Program-made: the position numbers and the translations under genes
NCBI GenBank assembly: GCA_965231215.1
Contig: OZ246423.1
Coordinates: forward strand, 960,001 to 1,024,000
Direction: 5' to 3'
DNA: 64,000 nt
Origin: Candidatus Altimarinota bacterium
GTDB lineage: Bacteria > Patescibacteriota > Gracilibacteria > UBA4473
In this document: one piece after another, positions 41,439 to 52,158 of the stretch
Layout of the letters: every line of letters begins with the position of its first letter
Position numbering within the stretch: the stretch's first letter is position 1
The notes under the pieces: model-generated
Databases searched by the model: none
Told to the model about the DNA's origin: nothing
The model's input: the letters and a program-made list of their open reading frames with translations, nothing else

Positions 41439-42851
41439 TTAATGTACCAAATCCCGATCCAGCTTATTTTTAAGTTTATCTTTAAGAACCTTGCCCCAAC
41501 CCAAACAGAAGTTTTGGTATTTTATGAGCAGTACATGTCCATTCCGATAGGTTTGATCAAGTGGGAGGTCATAGCCTTGGAGCCAGCGATCTTTTTGTTT
41601 TTGGTTTAGTTCTAAAATGTTTTGAGTTGCTAAGTGACCAAAATTCAGCACAAATTCAGTACTGAGGTTTTGATCCCTAGTAAGCATCAGGATTCCAAAC
41701 CGCCGGTACAGATTTCTCTGGCAGAAATGAGCCGCCTCTTTGGTGGTGATGTAAGTTTGACCCTCTTTGGTAGCTAAAACAAAAGGCTTAAAAGTGTGCC
41801 TTTCTATGCCGAAAGTTTTGCAAAAACGGGTGAGGATTTCGGCTTGATGGTTTTTCTTGAGTAGCGTTGGAGGATTTAGACGCTCTGGTTTGTTTGGAGG
41901 GATAAGTGTTAGGGGTTCTTTTTTCTGGATTTTGCAGAGAAAAAAGCTTTCGGAATCCCATTTTTTGGAGTGCTTGTGTGGCCAAATTCTATAAGTATTT
42001 TCTGAAACTTTTGAGCTAAATTTTTGTTCATAAAATGATTTAACTCCTTTCGTATGGGGAATAGCTTCCAGTTCCACTGGTAAAAAATCAATTTCATCAG
42101 GAAATTGGTTCACCAAAAATTCCACTACAGCTTCATTTTCTTCTGGGGCAGAAGTACAGGTTGAGTACACCATGATTCCGCCTGGACGGAGCATTTTGAA
42201 GGCAGAAACCATTAAACGTTTTTGGAGCTTAGCTGCTTCAAAGATTTTTTTTTCAGACCACATTTGGCTAAAAAATTTTGAATCTTTTCGTCCAAATCCT
42301 TCACTTGAGCACGGGGCATCGAGCAAAATTCTATCAAATTCTTGATCATAAAAATTATGTAAGATTGTTCCATCACTCTGCACCATGACGGTGTTGAGGC
42401 TCCCAAGGCGATCTAGGTTTGAGGCCAGTTTTTTGCTTCTAGAGCCACTGGGTTCATTAGCCACGATCAGACCTGTATTTGCCATCTTTTGGCTCATAAA
42501 AGTAGTTTTTGATCCTGGGGCGGCGCAGAGATCTAGAATCTTTTCTCCAGGTTGAGGATTGAGGGCTACCACCGGCAGCATAGAACTTAAACTCTGGACA
42601 TAGATTTGCCCACTGAAATGTTGAAGGGTGCGGCCGAGAGGCGTTTGATTTTGATCGTCTCGTTCAATAAAAAAAGCTTCTTCGATAGCGCTGGGGGTAA
42701 GACTCCATCCTGGAGGAATATCAAAGTCAGGGGCCGATATCCGAACTACCTTTGGAAGTGGCTCAGTGCCTCTTTGAAAAAAATTCGTCCACTCAGACTC
42801 AGGTAAAAGTTTATGAATTCGTTCAACAAATTTTTGAGGAAAGTTATGCAT
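41439..42851 (-). CDS. rsmF: RsmF/NOP2-Sun rRNA m5C methyltransferase
   Basis: LDLCAAPGSKT, DAPCS and YSTCT..PEENE motifs. Confidence 0.85.
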   Translation of the reverse strand: MHNFPQKFVERIHKLLPESEWTNFFQRGTEPLPKVVRISAPDFDIPPGWSLTPSAIEEAFFIERDDQNQTPLGRTLQHFSGQIYVQSLSSMLPVVALNPQPGEKILDLCAAPGSKTTFMSQKMANTGLIVANEPSGSRSKKLASNLDRLGSLNTVMVQSDGTILHNFYDQEFDRILLDAPCSSEGFGRKDSKFFSQMWSEKKIFEAAKLQKRLMVSAFKMLRPGGIMVYSTCTSAPEENEAVVEFLVNQFPDEIDFLPVELEAIPHTKGVKSFYEQKFSSKVSENTYRIWPHKHSKKWDSESFFLCKIQKKEPLTLIPPNKPERLNPPTLLKKNHQAEILTRFCKTFGIERHTFKPFVLATKEGQTYITTKEAAHFCQRNLYRRFGILMLTRDQNLSTEFVLNFGHLATQNILELNQKQKDRWLQGYDLPLDQTYRNGHVLLIKYQNFCLGWGKVLKDKLKNKLDRDLVH

Positions 42852-43083
42852 TGTGTAGGGTATCCTGACGAAGGAAGAATTTCCGCGTATCACTCGGCAG
42901 AAAGCCTTTTAGTTGAGGATTAAATTGGTTAATGAACTAATTTTTTTGAGGCTTTTCGAGTCTTTCTATCAATACCAGAAATTGCCTTAGAGCATAGTAA
43001 ATCTATAGAATTATACTTCTGCGTGAAACCTTTAACAGATTTATTTTTGTGTTGATAGGATCTTTGTAAGCTCAGGATAATAA

Positions 43084-44859
43084 CTACTTCAGATTTACAT
43101 ACATCTGCACATCAAAGGAATTTACCTTCCCTTTTTCTCCCCAAATATTGATAAAGAAGATTTTGGATTTTAGATTTTCTGATTCGTATTCGTAGGTGAG
43201 TTTTTCTGGATTCAGTTCTCTGTTTTCATCCACAATTCTTTCATTCACGAGTTTGTCGATGAAAGGTTTTACATCAATGCTTTCCCATAGATTGCCATTT
43301 TTGTGGATTTCAATCTTGAAGGTTTCCGGTTTGATCTCAAAGTTGAAGGTTTCTCCGTTTAAAGTGATGTCTTTATTGTTGTATCTCCCAGGCATGACAT
43401 GCCAGGTGTAGCCTTCGATATTTCGCGGAGCATTCCCCTGAATACTAAAGTTAAAATGTGTGCTTTCTGATCGCTGCTTTCGTTCCCAATCATTGATAAA
43501 ATCAAACCCTAATTCTTTAGTAATATCACGCGCTAGCCCATATCTATAGACTGTTTTTTCTTTCTCTAACTTTTTCATGATTTTTGGAAAGATTGGACGC
43601 ACGGTTTCATGGCCGTGCCGGCTGATGAGATAATCAACAATATCAGAAATTTCGTATCGAGTTTCTCGATCAAGCTTGATTTTGGTTGGTAGGATTTCAC
43701 CATTTTGCAGAATTTTAGCCTGATGAAGGATTTCTTTGAGTCTGGCCATTTGAGCTCTTTCGCCCATAGCATATCCACTAATAGGGCCTAGTTGGCTCAT
43801 AAAAATAATACCAGTCAGCACTACAAAGGCGGACTTGAAAGTTGCTTTTTTCGAGATCAAAAAATAGAACGAAATCCCGAGCAACCAACACCCTAAAATC
43901 ACGACAAAGTACCGGTTTTCAGTCCAACTATAAGCCTGAATTCTCCACCCTATAGCAATGAAGAGCATTACGATTTGTGGAATGAGCCCCCACCAAAATA
44001 AGCGTCTGTATTTTTCAATTTTTTCTTTCCAGTAGGGAGTCCACAAGAAGTAAGTGAATATGGCTACCGCAGAGAAACAGATAACCAGCCACCCCAACAC
44101 ATTTTTGGGCCATTCCCAGGTGATGAGTACCTTAAAGGTATACGCATACAAAATCACAAAATAGCCTACCGCCAGTGGTGTTAAAATATATTTGGTAAAT
44201 ACATTCATGAAGGCCGGAATAGGTTTGGGCAATTTTAGTTTTTGAGGTTGTTCAGGCAGATGGGCGAGAAAAAATAATGGAGCAAAAGCACCAATTATCG
44301 CTACCCAGGTCTGAAAATAAATTTTATGGTCGAATTCCACCCCAAACAAACTATCTATGGCAAAGAAAGCGGCCGCAATACCTCCAAAAAGCACACCACT
44401 AAAGAATCCCGTCACCACTATGTTCATGATAAGTTTTCGGTTCCATTCCCAGATGAGGGGGTTTTCAGCTCGGGATTTCCAATAAGGAACCCAGGTAAGC
44501 GCTACCACTGAGCCAAGACAGAGAAACACATGTCGCATCCAGAACTTGCTTCCGGCCGTATCAGGATCTTCTGGTAAAAAGTAGTAATAGGTTCCCATCA
44601 GGAGCACGCCCAAGATCATTACTCCACTGCGTTTGGTTTTATCTACAGTTTCACACGCCAGAGCCAACGCGGCAAAAAATACCGTAGAGAGGCTCGCGAT
44701 AAATAGTGTTCGCCATAGCCAATTATCATCGATGTTATGTTCAATAGCATAGATAGCTATGATAGTTCCGATAAACGCCGAAACGGTGGCGAGTGGAAAA
44801 CGCAAAAAAGTCATTTTGCTGCGTTCCCCAATTTGAGTGAGTGACGGAAGTTTGATCAT
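43084..44859 (-). CDS. DUF4153 membrane protein
   Basis: RFP, YILTPL..Y..ILYAY, WP and RI..YSWTENRY patterns. Confidence 0.8.
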   Translation of the reverse strand: MIKLPSLTQIGERSKMTFLRFPLATVSAFIGTIIAIYAIEHNIDDNWLWRTLFIASLSTVFFAALALACETVDKTKRSGVMILGVLLMGTYYYFLPEDPDTAGSKFWMRHVFLCLGSVVALTWVPYWKSRAENPLIWEWNRKLIMNIVVTGFFSGVLFGGIAAAFFAIDSLFGVEFDHKIYFQTWVAIIGAFAPLFFLAHLPEQPQKLKLPKPIPAFMNVFTKYILTPLAVGYFVILYAYTFKVLITWEWPKNVLGWLVICFSAVAIFTYFLWTPYWKEKIEKYRRLFWWGLIPQIVMLFIAIGWRIQAYSWTENRYFVVILGCWLLGISFYFLISKKATFKSAFVVLTGIIFMSQLGPISGYAMGERAQMARLKEILHQAKILQNGEILPTKIKLDRETRYEISDIVDYLISRHGHETVRPIFPKIMKKLEKEKTVYRYGLARDITKELGFDFINDWERKQRSESTHFNFSIQGNAPRNIEGYTWHVMPGRYNNKDITLNGETFNFEIKPETFKIEIHKNGNLWESIDVKPFIDKLVNERIVDENRELNPEKLTYEYESENLKSKIFFINIWGEKGKVNSFDVQMYVNLK

Positions 44860-45015
44860 AGATTTATTTTTGGTGGATTTTATTATTAGTCAATTACCAA
44901 GATATTGACATATTTTTATTTGATTTTTTTAATATTTTTTGTATAGAGGAAAAGATAATAAAAGAAATAACTCATTTGTAATTTTCTAAAACATCCCTAA
45001 AAACACGTCAGAATT

Positions 45016-45369
45016 ATGACTGAATGTTTACTTGTAGCTCCAGAAGAATCCCCAGACTATCATATGGTAGGTATTGTTTGCAGTACTGAAGGAACCTGGA
45101 AAGCTTTAGCTGAATTAGACTACCCAAGAGCTCTATCATTAGTAAAAGATGATGGTGATCTAATTGACTTAGCTTCTATTGTTGTGGTCGCAAATAAAAA
45201 GGCTTCTGATAGTGATTTTAATGGTGTCATAAGCGAGCTCAAAAATATGAAGATAAAGGGTGAAAAGATAAGTTTAGATAGCTTAAAACAAAAAATGATA
45301 GAGGTTTATGGAGAATTCCAAAATATACAGGAGTTGTCCCATAAAATTGACTCCTCAAATGTTGCATAG
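45016..45369 (+). CDS. Hypothetical protein
   Basis: 117-aa ORF in an AT-rich gap. Confidence 0.5.
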   Translation: MTECLLVAPEESPDYHMVGIVCSTEGTWKALAELDYPRALSLVKDDGDLIDLASIVVVANKKASDSDFNGVISELKNMKIKGEKISLDSLKQKMIEVYGEFQNIQELSHKIDSSNVA

Positions 45370-45427
45370 TTAGAATTTAGAAATTTTTTTCATAGAGCTA
45401 TGCAAGCTATCGGATTTGCAGCATAGG

Positions 45428-46228
45428 TTAATGCGGTTGTAAATTAAGATTCTGAAAATTCTGAGCCACGTGTATCCACTCTTCCACACTGAGTGTTTCA
45501 GCCCTACGGTTCGGATCAATATCCCCCAATAGCTTTTCCGCCGGCACGCCAAAGAACTTGCCTAGATGATTACCCAGTTTTTTTCGTTTTTCATTAAAGC
45601 CCGCATTCACCACGGTAAAGAAGTCTTTTTGCCTATCTTTGGAGACGAGTGGTTGTTCACGGATATCAAGCCGCATAATGGCAGAATCTACCTTTGGAGC
45701 CGGAGTAAAGTTTTCGCGATTAACGGTGAAACAGTACGCGGGTTCAGCAAAGACCTCAACCGAAATAGAAAGAATAGATTTCTTTCTAGGGGTACAGATT
45801 TTTTGGGCGACCTCTTTTTGCACCATTAGGATGGCAAATTCAGGCTTATTCTGTGTTTTTTCTAGAATTTTTCGGAGGATCGGATTCGTAATATTGTAAG
45901 GAATATTGGCTATTATTGAATAATTTTTTTGTTCAAAAATAGCGTCCAAATCCTCATCCAAAAAATCACCCTGTATCAGACGAAAATTATCTTTATGTCC
46001 TAGGTCTTGCTCTAACAACTTAGCCGCACGTTCATCAAATTCTATAGCCGTGAGATTAGCTTTGGCTTTGAGGAGGGAAGTGGTGAGAAACCCAAGTCCC
46101 GGACCAATTTCTAAAATGTTTGTACCACTAATATCACCCGCTTCTTCTAAAATTCCATCTCGTATTTGGGGGTTATTGAGGAAATTCTGGCCGAGGCTTT
46201 TTTTGGCAAAGGTTTTTTTCTTTTTCAT
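45428..46228 (-). CDS. rsmA: 16S rRNA adenine dimethyltransferase
   Basis: KKSLGQNFL, LEIGPGLG, ANIPYNIT and PAPKVDS motifs. Confidence 0.96.
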   Translation of the reverse strand: MKKKKTFAKKSLGQNFLNNPQIRDGILEEAGDISGTNILEIGPGLGFLTTSLLKAKANLTAIEFDERAAKLLEQDLGHKDNFRLIQGDFLDEDLDAIFEQKNYSIIANIPYNITNPILRKILEKTQNKPEFAILMVQKEVAQKICTPRKKSILSISVEVFAEPAYCFTVNRENFTPAPKVDSAIMRLDIREQPLVSKDRQKDFFTVVNAGFNEKRKKLGNHLGKFFGVPAEKLLGDIDPNRRAETLSVEEWIHVAQNFQNLNLQPH

Positions 46229-46229
46229 G

Positions 46230-46865
46230 TTAGGATACTTCACCATCTAACACTTGCTGGATCAACCGTTCAAAGCTTTGTTCTGGAATAGCTCCAGGGA
46301 CTGGAATAGAGTCATTAATCAAAAAGAATGGAGTGCCTTTAACCCCTAAACTTTCTCCAAATTTTCTATCAGCTTCAACCACTCCTTTTTCTGAACCACT
46401 AGTGGCACAAGCATTAAATTCGTCCATATCGAGTTCGACACTTTCGGCGGCTTTTTGCAGGTTTTCGGGTTGGTAGTTTCCAAAATAATTGAGGAATAAA
46501 GTATCATGGTATTCATTAAATTTCCCTTGGGTTCGGGCACATTCTGCGGTTTCGGCCACTAAGAAAGTAGCTGGAGAAAGGGGAAAGTGTTTCTCGATTA
46601 TCTCAATTTTTTCCCCAAATTTTTCTTTGAGGTTTACCGTAATTTCATGCGCATTACGACAATGTCCACACCCATAATCAAAAAATTCAATAATTTTTAC
46701 CACTTCAGGTGGTTCAACACTTAAAGTTTCTGGTTGCTTTTGTAATTCTTTGGTTTTTTCAGCATTGTTTTGATTGGCTTCTTCGGCTTTTCCTGTGATT
46801 TCATCTGAAGGATTAAGACTACAAGCACTCAGTACTAAGGCGAAACCGATAATCCATTGTCTCAT
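46230..46865 (-). CDS. DsbA-family lipoprotein
   Basis: FFDYGCGHC, HFPL and GVKGTP motifs. Confidence 0.9.
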   Translation of the reverse strand: MRQWIIGFALVLSACSLNPSDEITGKAEEANQNNAEKTKELQKQPETLSVEPPEVVKIIEFFDYGCGHCRNAHEITVNLKEKFGEKIEIIEKHFPLSPATFLVAETAECARTQGKFNEYHDTLFLNYFGNYQPENLQKAAESVELDMDEFNACATSGSEKGVVEADRKFGESLGVKGTPFFLINDSIPVPGAIPEQSFERLIQQVLDGEVS

Positions 46866-47641
46866 TTTTTACGCTGAAAGAGAAGTACACTTCCTAAAAC
46901 CACCATTAGTAAACATAAAACCTGTCCCATTGTCAAAGGCCCTACATAAAAATTTGGTTCCCTCACATATTCAATCAAAAATCTCATACCTCCGTATCCA
47001 AATAGTAAAATGAGAAAAAGGGTTCCTCGTTTTGGTTTATATTTCCATAACACAAAGAGGATAATACTGGCTATAACTAGATTTTTACCAGCTTCATAGA
47101 GTTGGCTTGGATGGCGCAGTAACTCATCTATGTGTGGGAAGATCACTCCCCAGGTTTGATCGGTTGGTCGCCCAATAAGTTCTCCGTTGATAAAGTTTGC
47201 TAGACGCCCTAAAAATAAAGTTAAAGCCAGAGGGAGGGCAAAGCTATCGGCTAGAGTCATAAAAGATTGCTGATACCGTTTGCACCACCAGAGGCCGTAT
47301 ACAAGCACGGCCAAAATACCTCCATGGATAGACATACCCCCTTCCCAGATTTTTATCAATTGTAGCGGATCTTCAATCAAGGTTTGAGTATTATAGAATA
47401 AAAAATATCCAATTCTGCCGCCCAAAATCCCTATCAAAAAACCACCCAAAACCAGGTTCTCAAAATCTGATTTGGTGAGCTTGTTTTTTTTATCCTTGAA
47501 GCAGGTTTCAAAAACCCACCATCCTAAGTGATACATGAGAAAAAACCCAGCCAAATAGGCCAGCCCATACCAGCGTACTTCTAGCCCAGAAAAGCTAAAA
47601 GCTATAGGGTCTAAATTCCAAGTATAAATCATTGTCCGCAT
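46862..47641 (-). CDS. lgt: Prolipoprotein diacylglyceryl transferase
   Basis: RWYG, GGMSIHGG, GRLANFINGEL and HPSQLYE motifs. Confidence 0.97.
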   Translation of the reverse strand: MRTMIYTWNLDPIAFSFSGLEVRWYGLAYLAGFFLMYHLGWWVFETCFKDKKNKLTKSDFENLVLGGFLIGILGGRIGYFLFYNTQTLIEDPLQLIKIWEGGMSIHGGILAVLVYGLWWCKRYQQSFMTLADSFALPLALTLFLGRLANFINGELIGRPTDQTWGVIFPHIDELLRHPSQLYEAGKNLVIASIILFVLWKYKPKRGTLFLILLFGYGGMRFLIEYVREPNFYVGPLTMGQVLCLLMVVLGSVLLFQRKK

Positions 47642-47833
47642 TATGCTGTGTTGATTAAATTGGACTAGAAAATATTATTGACTTTTTGCAGTTTTGTGTA
47701 TGTATTAGATTTTTTTGGAAATAAAAATCCAGCACTAGTGCGAAAATTTGAAGAGTTTTAGAACCACGACTTACTTGGAGAGATCTACATCCAAAGGCTT
47801 CCTAGCAGTCATTTTTGAGGCCTGTTTATCAAC

Positions 47834-48457
47834 CTATTTAAAAACCTCAAACTTATAAACTTTGATGAGTGGTGTAATAATATTGAGTCCAGGCAGGGTT
47901 ACGATTTTGTTCCACCGCTCTACTTCGCGGTTGTAGACTTTTTGGAGCTGGACGAGTTTCCCGTCTATAAATTCTAGATCTCGAACAATTTTTTCAAATT
48001 TGGTGCCTTGTTGGATTTTTTTGTCTCTATCTAAATTGGTGAAATAGTGAAATAAGATTTCTGAAACCTTTTCTTCCATCTCCATTCGAGCTTCAGGATC
48101 TTTTTTGAGTGAAATCTGTCGGCATTCATCTCGGATAGATAATAATTCTTTTTGAGTTTGGTCATCCAGCAGTTTGTCTTTCTTTGACAAGCTAATCACC
48201 AAAGGGATCAGCATTTGACGTTTTGTTAGAAAAAAGAGGATAAAGATCCAGAGTTTTTCAATTTTTTTCTGACGACTGTGAATACGTTTTAGAACCACTA
48301 TTATAATAGCTAAAATCACCAAAATAATCAGAATGTTTACCCCGTATTGAATAAAAAAATTGCTCAATATTTCAATGTATCCTATATCTGGTTTTGGGAC
48401 TTCAAATTCAGGAAGGAAATTCCCATTTTCGGCGTCAGACCTACGTACTCCAGCCAT
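47834..48457 (-). CDS. LemA-like membrane protein
   Basis: One TM helix, KR..LIP.V and YN..V..WN.....P patterns. Confidence 0.6.
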   Translation of the reverse strand: MAGVRRSDAENGNFLPEFEVPKPDIGYIEILSNFFIQYGVNILIILVILAIIIVVLKRIHSRQKKIEKLWIFILFFLTKRQMLIPLVISLSKKDKLLDDQTQKELLSIRDECRQISLKKDPEARMEMEEKVSEILFHYFTNLDRDKKIQQGTKFEKIVRDLEFIDGKLVQLQKVYNREVERWNKIVTLPGLNIITPLIKVYKFEVFK

Positions 48458-48603
48458 TACCGTTCAAGGGTTTGAGAAAATACAATAGACGCATCAAATC
48501 CATGATGCCCAAACGTAGATTTGATCTCTTGTTCCAGACGGTCAATCGTCGGTGTCGGTACGTCCATTTTACTCGTATCGAAGCCAAAAAGTTGATTTCC
48601 CAT
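48457..48603 (-). CDS. 48-aa small protein coupled to the LemA-like gene
   Basis: MGNQLFGFDTSKMDVPTPTIDRLEQEIKSTFGHHGFDASIVFSQTLER*; TAATG stop/start overlap. Confidence 0.5.
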   Translation of the reverse strand: MGNQLFGFDTSKMDVPTPTIDRLEQEIKSTFGHHGFDASIVFSQTLER

Positions 48604-48642
48604 TTCGTTTGTTCTGTAAAAATTTTATGATGTTTGCGCTAA

Positions 48643-49740
48643 ATGACAAATCAAAAACCTTTAATTGACGGTCAAAATCTATGGAGTAGGTTTGATGCCC
48701 CTCTGGCTTCGTACGCCCAAAAAAACGCTGATAGTCTAGGACGAGAACATCCCCATACGGCTGATCCAAACCGTTTACCGTTTCAACGGGATAGAGATAG
48801 GATCTTACATAGTAAAGCGTTTCGGCGTCTTCAGGGAAAGATGCAAGTGGTTACTCCCCGAACCGGAGACCATTATAGAAATCGCTCAAGTCATACCTTA
48901 GAGGTAACACAAGTGGCACGGGATATAGCACGAGAACTTCAGCTCAACGAAGATTTAGCCGAATCTATAGCCCTGGCGCATGATCTGGGGCATTCACCAT
49001 TTGGCCATTCTGGAGAAACGGCATTAGATCAAAAAATGAAAGCCTTTGGCCTGAGCTTTGAACATAACCTGCAATCCCTGCGTGTCGTAAAATTTTTTGA
49101 AAATCGGTATCCTGATTTCCCAGGGCTAAACCTTTCATTTGAGGTACTTGAGGGGATGCGAAAACACGATCGATCTTTTGGAGATGAGAACTACTTTCCT
49201 CACCTAGAATCTCAACTCGTAGACATCTCAGATGAAATTGCCTACTTGTCGGCCGATTTAGAGGATGGTCTTAGAGGTGAATTTTTGGATGTATCAAAAT
49301 TAAAAAACCTCCCTATCTGTGATGCTGTATTGGATCAAATCCCAGCACGTAGCCCGAACTCATTTTTTGTAGGGAAGGTGATACATATCCTTATTGAGGC
49401 GTTAGTAACCAACACTCGTTCTAATTTAAAGGTTCACAACATACAGACACAATCAGACGTGCAACACTGTCCTCATAACTTGATTGCCTTTGATAAAGAT
49501 ACGGACAAAAAATTCCAAATCATTAAAACCTATCTCTATGAAAACTACTATCGAGCTCCAGAAGTAAGAGCCGTCAGTAAGGCCGGTGAAGAAAGCCTCA
49601 AAAAGGCTTTTGATATCCTGCTCTTACATCCTGAAAAAATTCCTAAAGCGTTTATGCCAGAAGAAAATATACACCAAAGAATCTGTGATTATTTGGCAGG
49701 AATGACCGATAATTTTTTGTCAGAGTTTGTAAAAAATTAG
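48643..49740 (+). CDS. dgt: dNTP triphosphohydrolase (dGTPase-like HD protein)
   Basis: FQRDRDRILHSKAFRRL, HDLGHSPFGH and DEIAY motifs. Confidence 0.93.
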   Translation: MTNQKPLIDGQNLWSRFDAPLASYAQKNADSLGREHPHTADPNRLPFQRDRDRILHSKAFRRLQGKMQVVTPRTGDHYRNRSSHTLEVTQVARDIARELQLNEDLAESIALAHDLGHSPFGHSGETALDQKMKAFGLSFEHNLQSLRVVKFFENRYPDFPGLNLSFEVLEGMRKHDRSFGDENYFPHLESQLVDISDEIAYLSADLEDGLRGEFLDVSKLKNLPICDAVLDQIPARSPNSFFVGKVIHILIEALVTNTRSNLKVHNIQTQSDVQHCPHNLIAFDKDTDKKFQIIKTYLYENYYRAPEVRAVSKAGEESLKKAFDILLLHPEKIPKAFMPEENIHQRICDYLAGMTDNFLSEFVKN

Positions 49741-49958
49741 TGTTGAAGATCGAATTTTTTCCCCAAAAGCTTATCCCTTTTAGTATGGGGTAATATGGAG
49801 TTGAGGGCTCTGTCTCTCTGCTAGTTTCATAAATACTAGGCGGGAGTAGCCCTAGAAAGGGTTTGGTGATTGAGATTTATTATAAAAAGTTCTCTGATTT
49901 TAGGATTTGTGTTATTACGGATTCGGTCTACACTAGAGACCTACAAAATTTATAGAAA

Positions 49959-51623
49959 ATGAAGATTGGCTCGATAGGAATTATTGGCGGAACTGGAGGG
50001 TTGGGGGCCCGATTTGCCCGATTTTTTGAGGAAAATTTTCCAGGCGTAGAAGTTGTGGTTTCTGGAAGGGAAACTGAAATCACGAATAAAAATATTGTTC
50101 AAAAATGCGATCTCGTTATTTTCGCCGTACCGATTGATCAAACCCTAGAGGTGATGACCCAATTAGTCCCAGCATCTCGTGAAGATCAGATATGGATGGA
50201 TTTTACCAGTATCAAAACTCAACCGGTTAAATCTATGCTGGCTTCAAAAGCGCAGGTTTGTGGAGCTCACCCGCTTTTTGGCCCCATGCCTCATATCGAA
50301 GGACAGACTTTTATTTACTGTCCAGAACGGATTGAAGCCTCATCTCTGGAATCGGTTTTAGAATTTTTCCAGGCCTTTGATCTCGTTGAGTTGTCTCCCA
50401 AAGAGCATGATGATCTTATGGGAATTGTTCAGTGTGCCTCACATTTTTCAGATATGGTTATGGCCGAAGCGATTAAAAATTCTGGCTTTGATTTTTCAAA
50501 AGTGTGGCAGGTGTCGTCCCCTTCGTATCGCTTGAAGCTTGAAGTAATGGGGAGAATGTTTGCCCAAAACCCAAACCTTTATGCCGACATTGCCATACAG
50601 AATCTAAGTGGGTCAGGAGCGACGGAATCTTTTATCAAGGCCGCTCAAGATTTAGGAACAAAAGTAAAAGCAGGCAATAGAGATTTTATGATCAATAATT
50701 TTGTTCAATCAAGGAAATTTCTTACTCCTCAATTTTGTGCTCAAGCCTATGAAAATTCACAAAACTTTTTAGCCGCTTATAGCGTCGATTTAGAAGCAAA
50801 AAAAGTTTCTAGTTTAGAAAAAAAAGGAGATTTAGCGGTTTTTGGAGAACCACATTCTCATACCGATGAGGTGGCAGAGAGTCTTTTTGATGGAGAATCT
50901 AAAATCTACTTTAAAAATATTTTTAGACTTTTTGAAGCGCTTCAAAATGGGCAGGTGCAAAAGGGGATAGTGCCTTATGAGAATTCTTACGAAGGCTCAG
51001 TATTTGAAGTCATTGATGAACTTTTTGATCACCGAGATATTGCTATTACACAGATTACTTCAAGACCTATTTCGCAAAACTTGATGATGGTGGAAGGAGG
51101 AAAAAGAGAGTATATTGAAACGATTTTTTCTCATCCTCAGGCCTTAGCGCAGAGTAAGCAGTTTTTGAGAGCCCACTGCCCAAGAGCTGAACTCAATCAG
51201 ATGGCCTCTACCTCTACTGCCGCCAGAAAAGTATCTCAGGCGCAAAATAAAACTTGGGCCGCTATTGGCTCACAAACCTTGGCTCAAGATTTAGGGTTGA
51301 CCATAGTCGCTTCCGATATTTCCCCAGAGGATAATGAGACTCGCTTTGTAGTGATTGAGAAAAATCCTCCCATCACTAAAACCCAAAATACCGCTTTTGT
51401 TTTTTGGTTTAACAAAGACAGATCAGGGAATCTTGCTGAAGTGCTCCAGTATTTTTCTGTAGCGGGTATAAACCTCACAAAGCTGGATTCTCGTAGGGCG
51501 GAAGAAGCGTATGGAGGTTTTGTGTTTTTTGTAGATGCAGAAGTGAGTTGGGATCAGTTTAAAAATATAGAAGAAGATTTAGCTTCGATGGTAGCGGGTA
51601 TGCGGGTTTTAGGAGGTTATTAG
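49959..51623 (+). CDS. Fused prephenate dehydrogenase and prephenate dehydratase (with ACT domain)
   Basis: IIGGTGGLG, DFTSIK and HPLFGP (TyrA); PYENS.EGSV, SHPQALAQ, DNETRF and INLTKLDSR (PheA). Confidence 0.9.
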   Translation: MKIGSIGIIGGTGGLGARFARFFEENFPGVEVVVSGRETEITNKNIVQKCDLVIFAVPIDQTLEVMTQLVPASREDQIWMDFTSIKTQPVKSMLASKAQVCGAHPLFGPMPHIEGQTFIYCPERIEASSLESVLEFFQAFDLVELSPKEHDDLMGIVQCASHFSDMVMAEAIKNSGFDFSKVWQVSSPSYRLKLEVMGRMFAQNPNLYADIAIQNLSGSGATESFIKAAQDLGTKVKAGNRDFMINNFVQSRKFLTPQFCAQAYENSQNFLAAYSVDLEAKKVSSLEKKGDLAVFGEPHSHTDEVAESLFDGESKIYFKNIFRLFEALQNGQVQKGIVPYENSYEGSVFEVIDELFDHRDIAITQITSRPISQNLMMVEGGKREYIETIFSHPQALAQSKQFLRAHCPRAELNQMASTSTAARKVSQAQNKTWAAIGSQTLAQDLGLTIVASDISPEDNETRFVVIEKNPPITKTQNTAFVFWFNKDRSGNLAEVLQYFSVAGINLTKLDSRRAEEAYGGFVFFVDAEVSWDQFKNIEEDLASMVAGMRVLGGY

Positions 51624-51687
51624 GAGGTTTTATTACTAGTATCGGTTTGTTTTTTGTGGTATAATCACTAGATTGTATGCAAACTTT

Positions 51688-52158
51688 ATGTCTCCCGAAA
51701 AAGCCAACGATAACTTTGAGAAGGCCACTGCCCAGGGAACAGGTAATCTGGATCTCCAATCCGATAGCCTGGAAGGAGTAAATGCGGCGGGGGAAAAAAT
51801 ATCAGAAGTAGTAGGCGAAAACGCCAATGAGAATATCAGCGGCGGTGGGCAAAAATCTTCAACACAAAACACTCACATCCAAGGGGATCAGAGTCTCAAA
51901 GCCGGAACACCAGCTTCTGATTTAGTATTGCCAACACCCGCAAAACAAAAAGCAGTGCTTCAAAAGACCATAGAAAAAAGAACGAATCAATTGGTCAAAG
52001 AAGTTACTAAAATGCAACGATCAAATGACTATTCTCCAGCCAAGCTTGAAGAAAAAATCAGAGAAATCCGGTATCTGAGAAAGGTTTTGGCAGAACTTGC
52101 TAACGCCGCACTTGAACGGATTGAAGAGCTCTATCGGAAACTCGTATGGAAAAAATAA
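51688..52158 (+). CDS. Hypothetical protein
   Basis: Disordered N-terminus and helical C-terminus. Confidence 0.7.
   Translation: MSPEKANDNFEKATAQGTGNLDLQSDSLEGVNAAGEKISEVVGENANENISGGGQKSSTQNTHIQGDQSLKAGTPASDLVLPTPAKQKAVLQKTIEKRTNQLVKEVTKMQRSNDYSPAKLEEKIREIRYLRKVLAELANAALERIEELYRKLVWKK

Noticed and set aside
47795-47808. ggcttcctagcag, resembling the IS1595 end
   Set aside because: Too short, with no partner end or transposase remnant nearby.
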